From: Candidatus Uhrbacteria bacterium CG_4_9_14_3_um_filter_41_35 | Lineage (GTDB): Bacteria; Patescibacteriota; Patescibacteriia; UBA9934 | DNA length: 64,000 bases | Direction: 5' to 3' | Assembly: GCA_002791275.1 (NCBI GenBank) | Contig: PFWT01000009.1 | Location: 146,548 to 210,547, forward strand | Shown: piece after piece, positions 29,499 through 40,249 of the stretch | Layout: each line of letters opens with the position of its first letter | Position numbering within the stretch: the stretch's first letter is position 1 | The notes under the pieces: generated by a model | Told to the model about the DNA's origin: nothing | Database searches by the model: none | Seen by the model: only the letters and a program-made list of their open reading frames with translations | Position numbers and translations under genes: made by a program

Positions 29499-31187
29499 TT
29501 ATTCTTGAGTTACGCGCAAAACTTCTTCGAGCGTAGTTTCACCGGTTAATATTTTCTGTACCCCATCAAAAAGCATTGTGCTCATTCCCTGCTTAACCGC
29601 TATTTCTTTGACTTGATCGGCATCTTTATTACTCATTACCGCTTCTCTGATTTCATCTGTAACTGCCAAAAGTTCAAAAATTCCGGTTCGACCCTTGTAA
29701 CCTGTGTTTTTACAAATTTTACAACCCTGACCGTGAAAAACACGAATACCTGAAAGTGATTTCTTGCCGGTTACATCAGAAAAATATTTTTTTAAGTGCG
29801 GTAAATGGTTAATGGTTTTCAGTTCCTGCTCCGAAATATTCACACTTTTAATACAGTTCAAACAGATCCTTCTCACCAGTCGCTGGGCAATAACCACCAA
29901 AATTGTTGAAGAAACCAAAAAGTCTTCAACACCCATATCTTTAAGTCTTGGAAAGGCGGTTGCAGCGTCGTTTGTGTGTAAAGATGAAAAAACCAAATGC
30001 CCGGTCATCGCAGCGTTCACTGAGATATCTGCTGTTTCGCCGTCTCGAATCTCCCCCACCATAATAATGTCCGGATCCTGACGAACAATTGAACGCAATC
30101 CCTTGGCGAAAGTTAGGTTAGTTTTTGGGTTAACCTGAATCTGGCTAATACCATCAACATCATATTCAACCGGGTCTTCAATCGTGGCAATATTCACCTC
30201 GCGTTTGTTTAAAACCTTGAGCGCAGCGTAAAGCGTGGTACTTTTTCCTGAACCTGTTGGTCCAGTCACCAGGATCATACCCCAAGGTTTTTTGATAGCT
30301 TTTTTAAAAAGCTCAAAATGCGCCTCGCTTAAACCAAGATCCGTTAGGCTGAATTGACGAGTCTTCGCAGCAAGTAGTCGCATTACTGCTTTTTCACCGT
30401 TTGTGGTCGGCACAATTGACAAACGAATATCAATTTTGTCACCAAAATCGTTCGTATAGGAAATACGGCCATCCTGAGCTGCACGTTTTTCATCTGTCGC
30501 GAGTTTAGACAAAACCTTTAATCTGGTAATAACCGGGTCGTGAATTTTTTTAGGAAATTCTGCAATATCTTGCAAAATACCGTCGATTCTGAAACGAATC
30601 TGCGTAAACTCATCTTCGGGTTCAATATGAACATCACTAGTTCTAGTTTGATATGAATAATCAAAAATAGCATTAACAAGTTTTACAACAACTCCGTCCG
30701 AGTCATCGCTGTTTAAATCAGCGCCTTCGAGAATATTTTTAAAGGCAACCTTTGGATCTTTTTGAAAAAGGAATAAATTCGAAAGAATCTCACGTTCAGT
30801 TGAATAATAAAAAACCACCTCACGTCTTAAATATTTTTCAAGTAGAGCCTGTAAAGTAACGTCATGTGGGTTTGTAACTGCAAGGACTACCGAATCTTCG
30901 GTTTGTGAAATTGGCAGTAAATGTTTCTTTCGCGCAAAAGCTTCTGGAACTAAAAGAATAACATCGTCTTGTGGTTTTGTCTGTGCTGGATCGAAGTGCC
31001 GAACACCAAACCAAGACGCTACCAACTGACCAAGCTGGGCTTCGGTTAATGAACCATCTGAAACTAAAACACTGTCGATGCCTTTGGTTTTAGCACTTCG
31101 CGACTGCGCAGCTTTCATGAACTCCTCCCTTGTAACTCCACCCCCTTCAACCAGTGCCTCGTATAGTTGTTCTTTACTTAACACCAC
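29499..31187 (-). CDS. pilB: Type IV pilus extension ATPase (GspE/PilB)
   Basis: SDVHIEP, GPTGSGKST, EDPVEY, RQDPD, CxxC...CxxC, GYKGR. Confidence 0.94.
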   Translation of the reverse strand: MVLSKEQLYEALVEGGGVTREEFMKAAQSRSAKTKGIDSVLVSDGSLTEAQLGQLVASWFGVRHFDPAQTKPQDDVILLVPEAFARKKHLLPISQTEDSVVLAVTNPHDVTLQALLEKYLRREVVFYYSTEREILSNLFLFQKDPKVAFKNILEGADLNSDDSDGVVVKLVNAIFDYSYQTRTSDVHIEPEDEFTQIRFRIDGILQDIAEFPKKIHDPVITRLKVLSKLATDEKRAAQDGRISYTNDFGDKIDIRLSIVPTTNGEKAVMRLLAAKTRQFSLTDLGLSEAHFELFKKAIKKPWGMILVTGPTGSGKSTTLYAALKVLNKREVNIATIEDPVEYDVDGISQIQVNPKTNLTFAKGLRSIVRQDPDIIMVGEIRDGETADISVNAAMTGHLVFSSLHTNDAATAFPRLKDMGVEDFLVSSTILVVIAQRLVRRICLNCIKSVNISEQELKTINHLPHLKKYFSDVTGKKSLSGIRVFHGQGCKICKNTGYKGRTGIFELLAVTDEIREAVMSNKDADQVKEIAVKQGMSTMLFDGVQKILTGETTLEEVLRVTQE

Positions 31188-31291
31188 ATGATTTTTTTAT
31201 ATTATAACATAAAAAAGTAGAGAGCCTGTGCTCTCTATCCACTTTTTTATTTTTCTGTTTTAGTAGTCTCAATTTAAAATCTTGCCGTTGC

Positions 31292-31654
31292 CTAGATGTA
31301 AGATTTTATTTTTGCAACTACATCCTGAATTGATGCGTCTGACTTTACAATAAAATCTTTTGCACCAAGTAGTTTTGCTTTTTTAACATCTTCCTCTTGC
31401 CCTAGATTAGAAAGCACAATCACTGGAATTTTTTTAAGACTACTATCCTTTTGAATTGCCTCGAGCACGCTAAAACCGTCCAACTTAGGCATAATAAGGT
31501 CTAGTAAAACTAGCGTTGGGCTAATTTCTTTCATTTTTTTCAAACCCTCCTCTCCATTTAAAGAAAAATCCGCCTCAATTCCTTCTTTGTTTAGTTTTGT
31601 AGCATAAATCCTCGAAAGGAATTTATCATCTTCAATGATTAATACTTTGACCAT
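31292..31654 (-). CDS. Single-domain response regulator receiver
   Basis: IIEDD, LLDLIMP.LDG, LSN, GAKDFIVK. Confidence 0.92.
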   Translation of the reverse strand: MVKVLIIEDDKFLSRIYATKLNKEGIEADFSLNGEEGLKKMKEISPTLVLLDLIMPKLDGFSVLEAIQKDSSLKKIPVIVLSNLGQEEDVKKAKLLGAKDFIVKSDASIQDVVAKIKSYI

Positions 31655-31731
31655 ATATATCGAATTCCTTTCTAGTATATCAGGTGTTAAAAATTATTAC
31701 TAATAAATCTCTGTGCACAGCACCAGAAAGC

Positions 31732-33396
31732 TTACCAACTTCCACCACCACCGCCACCCATTCCGCCACCTGAAGCTCCACCACCTGAAGAACCACTTGA
31801 TTTTGGTGTTATGTCCGAAGCTAAAGAAACCACAACTGCTTGGTTTAAATCCATAGCAATAGCTGAATAGTTTGTTAAGGCTGAATCTGATCTATACCAA
31901 TCAGGTTGTTTAAACTCAAGCCCGGCAAAAGCCTCTGCCCATTTAAACGTAAGACCAAATACAATTGCGGGTGGCAAGTGTTTCTCAAACATATTCTCCT
32001 CTTCCTGCCACTTTATTCGGTACTTTTCCGCTGTTCCTAAAAATAGTCTATACCCCATTACCAATCTAACAAGTTCAAGACCTTTTTCAGTAATTGTTGG
32101 CATTAAAAAACCGAAAACCACCGTAACCACACCTGACAATACAAAGAGCACTGTTGTTACTGGACCGTAAAGATTTCCCAGATTCACCCCTACAAATATC
32201 TGGATGATGCCAAAAAATATAAATAGACCAACAAACAGTAAAGATTTTTTCAAATAAATATTTTCAAGTTTTATCCTGTCTTGAACAAGTGTTGTAAGTT
32301 CTTTAAATTCAGTTTCAGTAATCGAGTTTTTTAGTTCCGTGTTCGTAACTGTCGACCTACCGTCAGCGAACAACAGATTAAACAAATAAGTATGCGCACT
32401 GTCTAAACCCAGACTCTCTCGTTTCTTTGTAAGTGTTACAACTTTAGCTGGTTTAAAAATCTTACCAAGCCCGCTTTTTTCCTCCTCCTGCACGCTAATC
32501 TGCAAGAAACCATTCACCGCCATAGTCACAATCATGGCGCTAACCTCAGGTTTCTTCATAAAGGGCGTGAGTATACCTGGCAAATATACTGCTTCTAAAT
32601 TATGAGGTGCCTCATATTCAGCAACCACTGCCCCCATTTTTTTATCTCGACCATACTTAAACCACATCAGACTAACGATAAATACGAGTAGCACCGGAAC
32701 CAGATTGATCAAATTATTCAGCAAACTTTGCCGAAGCTTCTCCCAAAAAGTTGGCTCCGCCACCACACCTTTTTCAAAACCTACCGCCACAGTTAAATAA
32801 TCCTTCGCAGCAAACGCCGCCACGCTACCGTCGGTAGCAATTCCGCAGTCAGAACTTGTTGAACCCGAGGCACCGGTATAACAGCTCGTTTGTAAAACCT
32901 GAGCACCACCCGGAAGTCTCACAATTGCAGAAGACGTTTTGATCGGCACCTCCCAAGTGTCGCCAGTTACATTCCAGTAAATCTCATCAAAATCATTAAA
33001 GAATAGCACCCCTTTTTCAACTTTATAATCAATCGTGTAGGTGTGGTCGTTTAAAATTGTAATATCAGGATCTCCAATCTTTATATAATGCTCCTTAGAA
33101 TTTCTCGATTCTGAAAATTGGGCAGTTTTTCCGTCCACTAAAACATCACCTAGCTTAAAACCAATCTTTATTCGATTATTAAATTCATCCTTGTAGGCTA
33201 CTGGAATAACTCGGAAAATTCCGTGTTTTTCTACATTGAAATTCACAGAAATATTTTCAGAAACCTGTAAACTACCATCTGAATTTAAATCAATAATTGC
33301 ATCAAATTTTTCAATCGACCAGTCTTCTGCTGGAGTCTGCGCAAAAACTAACTGCGGAAACAATAATAATCCAAAAATTAGAAGCAGTTTTTTCAT
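31732..33396 (-). CDS. DUF2207 family membrane protein
   Basis: Signal peptide, EIYWNVTG, TM helices, GGGMGGGGGGSW tail. Confidence 0.9.
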   Translation of the reverse strand: MKKLLLIFGLLLFPQLVFAQTPAEDWSIEKFDAIIDLNSDGSLQVSENISVNFNVEKHGIFRVIPVAYKDEFNNRIKIGFKLGDVLVDGKTAQFSESRNSKEHYIKIGDPDITILNDHTYTIDYKVEKGVLFFNDFDEIYWNVTGDTWEVPIKTSSAIVRLPGGAQVLQTSCYTGASGSTSSDCGIATDGSVAAFAAKDYLTVAVGFEKGVVAEPTFWEKLRQSLLNNLINLVPVLLVFIVSLMWFKYGRDKKMGAVVAEYEAPHNLEAVYLPGILTPFMKKPEVSAMIVTMAVNGFLQISVQEEEKSGLGKIFKPAKVVTLTKKRESLGLDSAHTYLFNLLFADGRSTVTNTELKNSITETEFKELTTLVQDRIKLENIYLKKSLLFVGLFIFFGIIQIFVGVNLGNLYGPVTTVLFVLSGVVTVVFGFLMPTITEKGLELVRLVMGYRLFLGTAEKYRIKWQEEENMFEKHLPPAIVFGLTFKWAEAFAGLEFKQPDWYRSDSALTNYSAIAMDLNQAVVVSLASDITPKSSGSSGGGASGGGMGGGGGGSW

Positions 33397-33397
33397 A

Positions 33398-34435
33398 TTA
33401 TTTTAAATATTTGTTTTTATTGGTAATGTGCTGATCAAAAGTTACACCATAAAAAACTTCACCTTTTGCGTCGGTTAAAAAGTAATAATAATCGTTTGTT
33501 TTTGGTGAAACCGCAGCTTTTAGCGAATCAATTCCAGGGTTCGAGATCGGTCCAGGTGGCAAACCGGTGTTTAAATAAGTATTGTACGGCGACTCAATAT
33601 CGCGATCAGCTAGTGAAATTGATGGTGTATTATTCCCTGTAAAATAGTTCACGGTTGAATCCATTTGAAGTGGCATCCCTATTTTTAGACGTTTATAGAT
33701 AATATCCGCAACCTGTGGAATGTCTTGACTCGTTCGCACTTCTCTTTCCAGAATCGAAGCTGTTGTTAATAGTTCATGCAAATTGGAAATCTCTGACTGA
33801 AATTTAAAATCTGAATTGAACGCTCCAGTATCTACCAAGCGATTTTCCATAGTATCCAGCATCACTTCCACTATATCTTCTGCGGTTGCCTCAACGAAAA
33901 AACGGTAAGTATCTGGAAAAAGGTAGCCTTCAAGATCAACACCAGCTGGTTTTTGTGCAGTTAGAACAAAATTGTGATTATTAAGTGGTGAGTTTACGCC
34001 TGTCATTACACTCCACTCCTCTGGGGTGATATTGAATTTTTCGGCAACAAGTTCACCCATTTGTTTTACTGTGTAACCTTCCGGAAAAGTAATAGAAACC
34101 TCTTCGGAGTTTGGCGCCACCATTAGCGTCTTCATAATGTCGGAGTAGCTCATGCCCGGTTTTAATTCAAAAACACCAGCCTTAAGGTCAGACGCTGTTC
34201 CGTTTATAATCGTATAAAACTTAAACCAATTTTTGCTGTTGATGATATGTTGTTCCGCTAAATCATCTGCTATTGAGGAGAAACCCGCACCAGCCTCTAC
34301 AGTATAAAGGACTGTTTCAGCATCCTTGGTAGGTGATTGAAACCAGAAGTGATAAGACTGCCAGGCTACAAATCCACCAGCAAGCAAAATACTAAAGAGT
34401 AAAATACCAATACAAGATAATAATTTTTTGATCAT
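33398..34435 (-). CDS. mltG: Endolytic transglycosylase
   Basis: PEG, LEGYLFPDTY, ASILERE, LQMDST, SPYNTY, GLPPGPISNPG. Confidence 0.95.
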   Translation of the reverse strand: MIKKLLSCIGILLFSILLAGGFVAWQSYHFWFQSPTKDAETVLYTVEAGAGFSSIADDLAEQHIINSKNWFKFYTIINGTASDLKAGVFELKPGMSYSDIMKTLMVAPNSEEVSITFPEGYTVKQMGELVAEKFNITPEEWSVMTGVNSPLNNHNFVLTAQKPAGVDLEGYLFPDTYRFFVEATAEDIVEVMLDTMENRLVDTGAFNSDFKFQSEISNLHELLTTASILEREVRTSQDIPQVADIIYKRLKIGMPLQMDSTVNYFTGNNTPSISLADRDIESPYNTYLNTGLPPGPISNPGIDSLKAAVSPKTNDYYYFLTDAKGEVFYGVTFDQHITNKNKYLK

Positions 34436-34935
34436 AAATACTCTGCAATTACAGCTATTAAAATACCAATTACTCCCCCAGCAAGAAGATCTGAGAGGTA
34501 GTGAACACCCACAAATAATCTGGTAACGACAATTATACTAGTAAATACTAAAATTATCGAGGCAACTAGCCAAGTTAGCGAATTTCCGTGACTGAGTTTA
34601 ATTAATAGAAGTGCAAGTGAAGTCGCAAACGCAAAGCCAACTGATGCGTGGAGAGACGGAAAAGACCATTTCAGCATTGCCTTGTAACTTGTTTTAATAA
34701 CTTCAGGTCTTGGTCGTTTTATAATCCATCTAAGAATGAGTACACCAAAAAAACTAACAATTACTGAGATTATTAGATCGTAAAACAACTCCAGATTACG
34801 AAGCTGATATAGTAAAATTATCGCATACGCAGTTAAGAACCAGAAGCCGAATCTCGATAAAAAAGACCAGAAAGCAAAATGCTTCTTTCCAAAGCTATGA
34901 ATCCTTTTTGACATTTCTAAATCCAAATTGTACAT
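34432..34935 (-). CDS. PAP2-family membrane phosphatase
   Basis: KRPRP, SFPSLH, R...GVHYLSD. Confidence 0.88.
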   Translation of the reverse strand: MYNLDLEMSKRIHSFGKKHFAFWSFLSRFGFWFLTAYAIILLYQLRNLELFYDLIISVIVSFFGVLILRWIIKRPRPEVIKTSYKAMLKWSFPSLHASVGFAFATSLALLLIKLSHGNSLTWLVASIILVFTSIIVVTRLFVGVHYLSDLLAGGVIGILIAVIAEYL

Positions 34936-35046
34936 AAATTCATTGTACAGGTAATCATAAAACTAGCGAAGGTTTTCTCAGCGGATAAAAATATGGATAA
35001 TTCAGGAATTACCAGACAAAAAAACCGCCAAAGGGCGGTTTTAAAA

Positions 35047-35916
35047 TTACTCTGGTCGATACTCTCGTTTGCAGGTTAAAATCCCCTCTTTATCTGAAAC
35101 CTGTAAATCGTACACTGTGGTGCAAGACTCGATTAATGTCTTATCGTTAACTGCAGTGTCTAAAATATAATAATTCCAAGTGCTATGCCCGTCTTCACCA
35201 AAACTATTTGAAATAAATGGCAAGCCTTCTAAATAGTCAGGGATAAACTTGTAGTCAAAACTTACGATTGGCACAGAAGTTACCTGTTCAAGTTTTAGAT
35301 CCTTATAACTTGATGAAATATTATAGATTTTTAGTTCCTGTTTACCCTGTTCAGCTATCAAATAAGTATTTTTAACTCCAGAACAAATTTCAAGGACACC
35401 ATCTAAACTTTTATTGTTTGCAAGTGCCTCAATTGCGTTAAAAAATCGCTCTGGACTTTGGACTACTCCTGATATTTGCTCTGCGATATCTTGCTTTTCA
35501 AGTTCTGTAAAACTTCGCGGGTCAACTGAACCAACATAATCCTTTGCGTTTACAATACTATTGAAAGATAAACACTCAGAGTTGCGCTTTTCCTCTCTCT
35601 CGGCTCTTTTGTTTGATAAATAAGTTTTGCGATCAGGTCCTGTACTTTCCTTAAAGTCAACTTTTGAAATAACCTGCGTAAAAGGATTCACCACTGCAAC
35701 ATTACTACTAAACACGGCCTCTGAAGCAATATATTTAAGTTCCTCCTCCAGCTGATTCTTCTGTTCGTCAACCGTTGGTGGGTTCCAGTAAAGTGCGTTC
35801 ATGACTACAATGAACATTAGAAAAATAATAAACAGAATCATGAACAGAATCGACAAAACTGTTCCGTTAAACTCGTGCTCGTGCTCAGGTGTGTGCTCGT
35901 GTTTATTTATTTTCAT
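35047..35916 (-). CDS. Hypothetical membrane-anchored protein
   Basis: N-terminal TM and extracellular domain with several Cys. Confidence 0.7.
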   Translation of the reverse strand: MKINKHEHTPEHEHEFNGTVLSILFMILFIIFLMFIVVMNALYWNPPTVDEQKNQLEEELKYIASEAVFSSNVAVVNPFTQVISKVDFKESTGPDRKTYLSNKRAEREEKRNSECLSFNSIVNAKDYVGSVDPRSFTELEKQDIAEQISGVVQSPERFFNAIEALANNKSLDGVLEICSGVKNTYLIAEQGKQELKIYNISSSYKDLKLEQVTSVPIVSFDYKFIPDYLEGLPFISNSFGEDGHSTWNYYILDTAVNDKTLIESCTTVYDLQVSDKEGILTCKREYRPE

Positions 35917-35919
35917 ATT

Positions 35920-36735
35920 TTAGTTTAAACACATCTCGCGATTTTCTTTAAAACTATACGTAATATCACCATTTTCCAAAACTGATTTCTGGTAAACACC
36001 CACCAATATACACGAATTATTCACCCAGTTTATAGAGACTTTTTTAAATGGATCATTAAAATCAGGTTCCCTATCCGTAAGCGACTCATCATTTTTAAGT
36101 TCGCCTACAACTGTTATGTTACCTTTGTTAAAATTATACACCAAAATCTGGTTTTCTAAATAATCATTATATAGTTTATCTGAAATATCTGAGCTAAACA
36201 CCACTGTCTGACTTTGATCTGGAGACAAAATGCCGGACTGACTTCTAAGACCAGTTTCAGAAACATCACCAGTTTTTAGGTTAACCTCCGACACTGCAGA
36301 GAAAAAATCTGCTTCATCTCGAATTAAAGAAACGTAAATTCGTCCATCAAAACCAACCTGGGGCACAGCTACTAAACTTGAAATTCCTGGCCAATCAAGC
36401 GCTAATTCGGATTCAAGTCCAGTTTTTCTGTCTATGCTAACCACTTTAGGCTTTCCGTCTAGCCCTCTAAACGAAGTCGTAAAAAGTGGGATCTGCGACT
36501 CTTTGCTGTTCATTAATTTCTCAGCATTATTTAAATCGTTTTGCAGTGCAATAATCTCATTTTTAGCGGTATCAATTTCAGTGTACTTAACCTTCGTCAC
36601 GTAAACTGCCAAAATAAGTAATACAGAGACAATGCCAAACATACTCAAAGATAACCCAGTGTAAAATCTACACCTTACTGGACACTTCATTTTTACAAAT
36701 GTCTTATTTCGAGTTGTTTGCATTCCCTCCTCCAT
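35920..36735 (-). CDS. Hypothetical membrane-anchored protein, paralog of 36740-37585
   Basis: TM, coiled coil; AVPQVGFDGRIY, ENQILVY, WVNNSC, REMC. Confidence 0.72.
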   Translation of the reverse strand: MEEGMQTTRNKTFVKMKCPVRCRFYTGLSLSMFGIVSVLLILAVYVTKVKYTEIDTAKNEIIALQNDLNNAEKLMNSKESQIPLFTTSFRGLDGKPKVVSIDRKTGLESELALDWPGISSLVAVPQVGFDGRIYVSLIRDEADFFSAVSEVNLKTGDVSETGLRSQSGILSPDQSQTVVFSSDISDKLYNDYLENQILVYNFNKGNITVVGELKNDESLTDREPDFNDPFKKVSINWVNNSCILVGVYQKSVLENGDITYSFKENREMCLN

Positions 36736-36739
36736 AAAA

Positions 36740-37585
36740 TTACTCTATACAAAATTCGCGCCATTCTTTATGCCGCCTGACCTGCACTGTAGCTCCTGGC
36801 TCAGCACCTTCACTCGTGTCTGGCTCGTTACTTACTGCGTAGATACGGACATTTGCGCACGTTGGGCTTAACCAATGCACCTGAATATCTCGTAAATTCG
36901 CAAAACGAGCATTTGGCGCTGCAGCGTCCAAATCTTCACCATCACGATAAGTTCCCAAAACCGAAACCTTTTCAGTAACTAAATCAAAAAGCAAAATCTG
37001 ATTTTCCTTGTAATCAACCTTTAAAACATTGTCCAAAAACTCCACCCCAGTAACCAAATATCTTTCACTTGGCGAAACTGTATTATCGGTTGCGTTTGAA
37101 GCAACACTTATTCCCGTTGTTTTACTTATCTCAGTTGCTACGTCAAAAACGTTTACCTCTCTTGACGGCAAATCGCCATCAACTGGCCCCATAACTGTAA
37201 AAATTTTTCCATCGTAATCTAATTTTGGCACCGCAAAAACTACCCTATTGCCAGTAATAATCTCTTTTGATTCGTTAAGTTCTGGGTCATACATTAAAAT
37301 TCCGCTTGAATAACCAGTTGCTTCGTCTACTGCATTGTAAAAAAGTGGGGTTGGACCTGGTAAGTTATCTATTTCAACGTTTTTGAGCCCCAGATCTAAC
37401 TCTAGCCCCTGAACCTGAGTTTCTAGTTCCTTCACTTTACTCGCACTTCCAGTATTTTGAAACCAAAGAACAAGTGAACTTATTCCTGCCACTACAAAAA
37501 GGGCAATGAACGAAAAACCGATTTTTTTCCAGCCGGTCCCACACTTAGGACAAGCTTGCGACGTTGGTGTACCCAGTGTTGCCAT
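36740..37585 (-). CDS. Hypothetical membrane-anchored protein, paralog of 35920-36735
   Basis: CPKC, TM, coiled coil; AVPKLDYDGKIF, ENQILLF, WLSPTC, REFC. Confidence 0.72.
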   Translation of the reverse strand: MATLGTPTSQACPKCGTGWKKIGFSFIALFVVAGISSLVLWFQNTGSASKVKELETQVQGLELDLGLKNVEIDNLPGPTPLFYNAVDEATGYSSGILMYDPELNESKEIITGNRVVFAVPKLDYDGKIFTVMGPVDGDLPSREVNVFDVATEISKTTGISVASNATDNTVSPSERYLVTGVEFLDNVLKVDYKENQILLFDLVTEKVSVLGTYRDGEDLDAAAPNARFANLRDIQVHWLSPTCANVRIYAVSNEPDTSEGAEPGATVQVRRHKEWREFCIE

Positions 37586-37688
37586 ATTATTTTTTTAAAT
37601 TAAAATCTTTGCAAAGGTTCAGTTAACTTAAAATTAATTGAACAAAAGTTTGCTTTGTTTCTACCTCCTTTTATTCTGCATGTTTTTA

Positions 37689-39317
37689 TTATACCAGAGG
37701 AACGCCCGACATTTCAGGTGGCTGTGGAATACCCATAATTTTGAGCATCGTCGGCGCTACATCAGCCAGCATACCAATCGGTGGCATTAAACTTAAATCA
37801 CCATTTGGCACATCACCCGCCATACTTGCCTGACCTTCAAACTGATTCCCGATAATAAACAATGGGATCGGGTTCGTACTATGTTCCTTATCAATATCAC
37901 CTGTTTGTAAATTCAAAACTTCCTCACCATTTCCATGGTCAGCGGTAATCAAAACCACTCCATCGTGTTTTAGAACTTCGTCCACCACTCTTCCTACAGC
38001 TCCATCCAAAAATTCATGAGCTTTAATAGTTGCCTCAACGTTTCCGGTATGCGCCACCATATCAGAGTTCGCAAAGTTCATAATAATTGCGTCGTAGTTA
38101 TTGGTTTTTATTTCTTTAATAACTCGTTCAGATAATTCACCCGCCGACATTTCCGGTTGTTGATCATAGGATTCAACCTTTGGTGAAGGAATAATTACCC
38201 TATCTTCATTAGGAAAAGCTGTTTCGATTAAGCCATTAAAGAAAAAGGTAACGTGAGCGTACTTTTCCGTTTCAGCAATGTGCAATTGAACCATTCCAGC
38301 GTTTGAAAGCACTTCAGCTAAACAATTTTTTATAAGCACAGGCGGATACGCAACCTCTACTGGCAACCCCTTTTCGTACTCCATCATAGTAACAAAAACC
38401 AAATCCTGAATATAGATTCGCTGGAACTTGTCGAAAGACGGCAGTGTAAAAGCCTTTGTTATCTGCCGGGATCTATCTGGTCTAAAGTTAAAATTAATCA
38501 CTGAATCGCCTGATTTTATAGTTGCGACCGGCTGACCATTTTTGGTAATCACTGTTGGCACGATCTCCTCGTCGTAAACCTCTTTCGCGTAAGACGCCTT
38601 TATTGCTTCAATCGGATCCTCAGCCATTGAAACTGATTGCCCAAGCACCATTGCGTTGTAAGCTTTCTCCTCTCGATCCCAGCGGTTATCCCGATCCATC
38701 GCGTAATACCGACCCGAAAGTGAGGCAATTCTACCGATGCCAATTTCCTGAATCTTCCCCTGTAGCTCATTAAGATATTCAAGTCCAGAATTATACAAAC
38801 TATCACGGCCGTCCATAAAACAGTGGATCGCGACGTCTTTCACCCCCTGATCTTTCGCAAGTTGCATTAGTGCGTAACAGTGAATATTATAGCCGTGCAC
38901 TTTTCCTGAAGACATAATCCCCATAAGGTGCAAGGTCCCCCCAGACTTTTTTGCGTGATCAATCGCTTTCAAAAACGCCTCGTTTTCAAAAAACGACCTG
39001 TCTTTGATTGCACGCTCAATCCTAGGTAATGACTGATAAAACACTCGCCCAGTTCCGGCTGTAAGATGCCCAACCTCAGAGTTACCCATTTCCCCCCACA
39101 TAAGTCCAACCGTTTCACCAGCCGCCCGAATTGTCATCACTGGGTAGCGTTTCTTAAATTCATCAAATCTTGGCATTTTTGCCCGAGTTACCGCGTTACC
39201 TTCACCGTCTGGCGCAATTCCAAAACCGTCGAGCATCATAAGCACAACCGGCCGTGGTCTCGCCGGGCTTGCAGTAATTGGCTGGATAATTTGAGGCTGA
39301 TTTTGTTCATCTGACAT
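37689..39317 (-). CDS. gpmI: 2,3-bisphosphoglycerate-independent phosphoglycerate mutase
   Basis: LDGFG, MGNSEVGH, GRYYAMDRD, NFRPDR, AETEKYAHVTFF, TADHGN. Confidence 0.97.
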   Translation of the reverse strand: MSDEQNQPQIIQPITASPARPRPVVLMMLDGFGIAPDGEGNAVTRAKMPRFDEFKKRYPVMTIRAAGETVGLMWGEMGNSEVGHLTAGTGRVFYQSLPRIERAIKDRSFFENEAFLKAIDHAKKSGGTLHLMGIMSSGKVHGYNIHCYALMQLAKDQGVKDVAIHCFMDGRDSLYNSGLEYLNELQGKIQEIGIGRIASLSGRYYAMDRDNRWDREEKAYNAMVLGQSVSMAEDPIEAIKASYAKEVYDEEIVPTVITKNGQPVATIKSGDSVINFNFRPDRSRQITKAFTLPSFDKFQRIYIQDLVFVTMMEYEKGLPVEVAYPPVLIKNCLAEVLSNAGMVQLHIAETEKYAHVTFFFNGLIETAFPNEDRVIIPSPKVESYDQQPEMSAGELSERVIKEIKTNNYDAIIMNFANSDMVAHTGNVEATIKAHEFLDGAVGRVVDEVLKHDGVVLITADHGNGEEVLNLQTGDIDKEHSTNPIPLFIIGNQFEGQASMAGDVPNGDLSLMPPIGMLADVAPTMLKIMGIPQPPEMSGVPLV

Positions 39318-39456
39318 AGTGAAACTATTATACCAGATTCTGAAGAAAATTAACCTCAAAAGTCAACGGTGAGTTTTGATTATTAACAGACAAATCTCAA
39401 AGTATCGAGTTCTTAATATACAAAAAAACTGCCCGAAGGCAGTTTTATTAAATAGA

Positions 39457-40104
39457 TTATTGAATCATTTTCATGATTTTACCTGAAAAAGGTCCGTACC
39501 ACGTTTCTATTAAACCTATATCAGCAGAACCAAGTGCCGGTCTACCTTCAACTAATATGTAAAATGGCAAGTTCGTTTCTAAATTCCCTTCAGTTCCTAA
39601 ATCTTTAGAAAGGTAAACAAACACACCTGCTGAAAGTCCATCTGGTGCAATGTTTACATCATTCATACCAAAGTGTGCTCTTGAATAATTAACAGGCACA
39701 CTGGTTGCTAAATATTTATCCTTTGTTGCTGGACTTAATATCTGCATAACTATATCGTCGAGATTTGTTACCTCAACAGCTGTCCATTCACCCATCATTC
39801 CATTTCTATCACCAACTTCCACTGAACCCATCGCAGTCTGGCTCGAATTTCCCGATATCCGATCTCGAACGTTTATCATATTTTCAAAATCACCTCTGTC
39901 CATCATACCAAAACCATCACGGCTTAGATCACGATCTCCTAATATACTTACGAACATCATTACGGACATGAATAGCATCATAATTAAAATAACACCTGCG
40001 ACTGCCATTAAACTTTTGTGTTCACAATGTCCGCACTCCCCCACTGATGATCTTTTATGTTCATTCATATTTTTATATTTCATATTATTTACATTGTACT
40101 TCAT
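39457..40104 (-). CDS. Hypothetical membrane protein
   Basis: CGHCEH, Met-rich TM; true start uncertain among several Met. Confidence 0.65.
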   Translation of the reverse strand: MKYNVNNMKYKNMNEHKRSSVGECGHCEHKSLMAVAGVILIMMLFMSVMMFVSILGDRDLSRDGFGMMDRGDFENMINVRDRISGNSSQTAMGSVEVGDRNGMMGEWTAVEVTNLDDIVMQILSPATKDKYLATSVPVNYSRAHFGMNDVNIAPDGLSAGVFVYLSKDLGTEGNLETNLPFYILVEGRPALGSADIGLIETWYGPFSGKIMKMIQ

Positions 40105-40209
40105 TTAATTTGTTGAAACAAATACTGCGATCACCATTTTTGCAAGGTTGAAACTTACTGAACTCCAAGACTTAACATTGGTATGTTCATAATAGAAAAT
40201 TTTTTACAT

Positions 40210-40244
40210 AAAAAAGACGCCGTCAGCAACAAGGCTGATCGGCG
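40210..40244 (-). terminator. Terminator of candidate ncRNA
   Basis: Minus strand CGCCGATCAGC-cttgtt-GCTGACGGCG-TCTTTTTT. Confidence 0.75.
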
Positions 40245-40249
40245 AAGGG

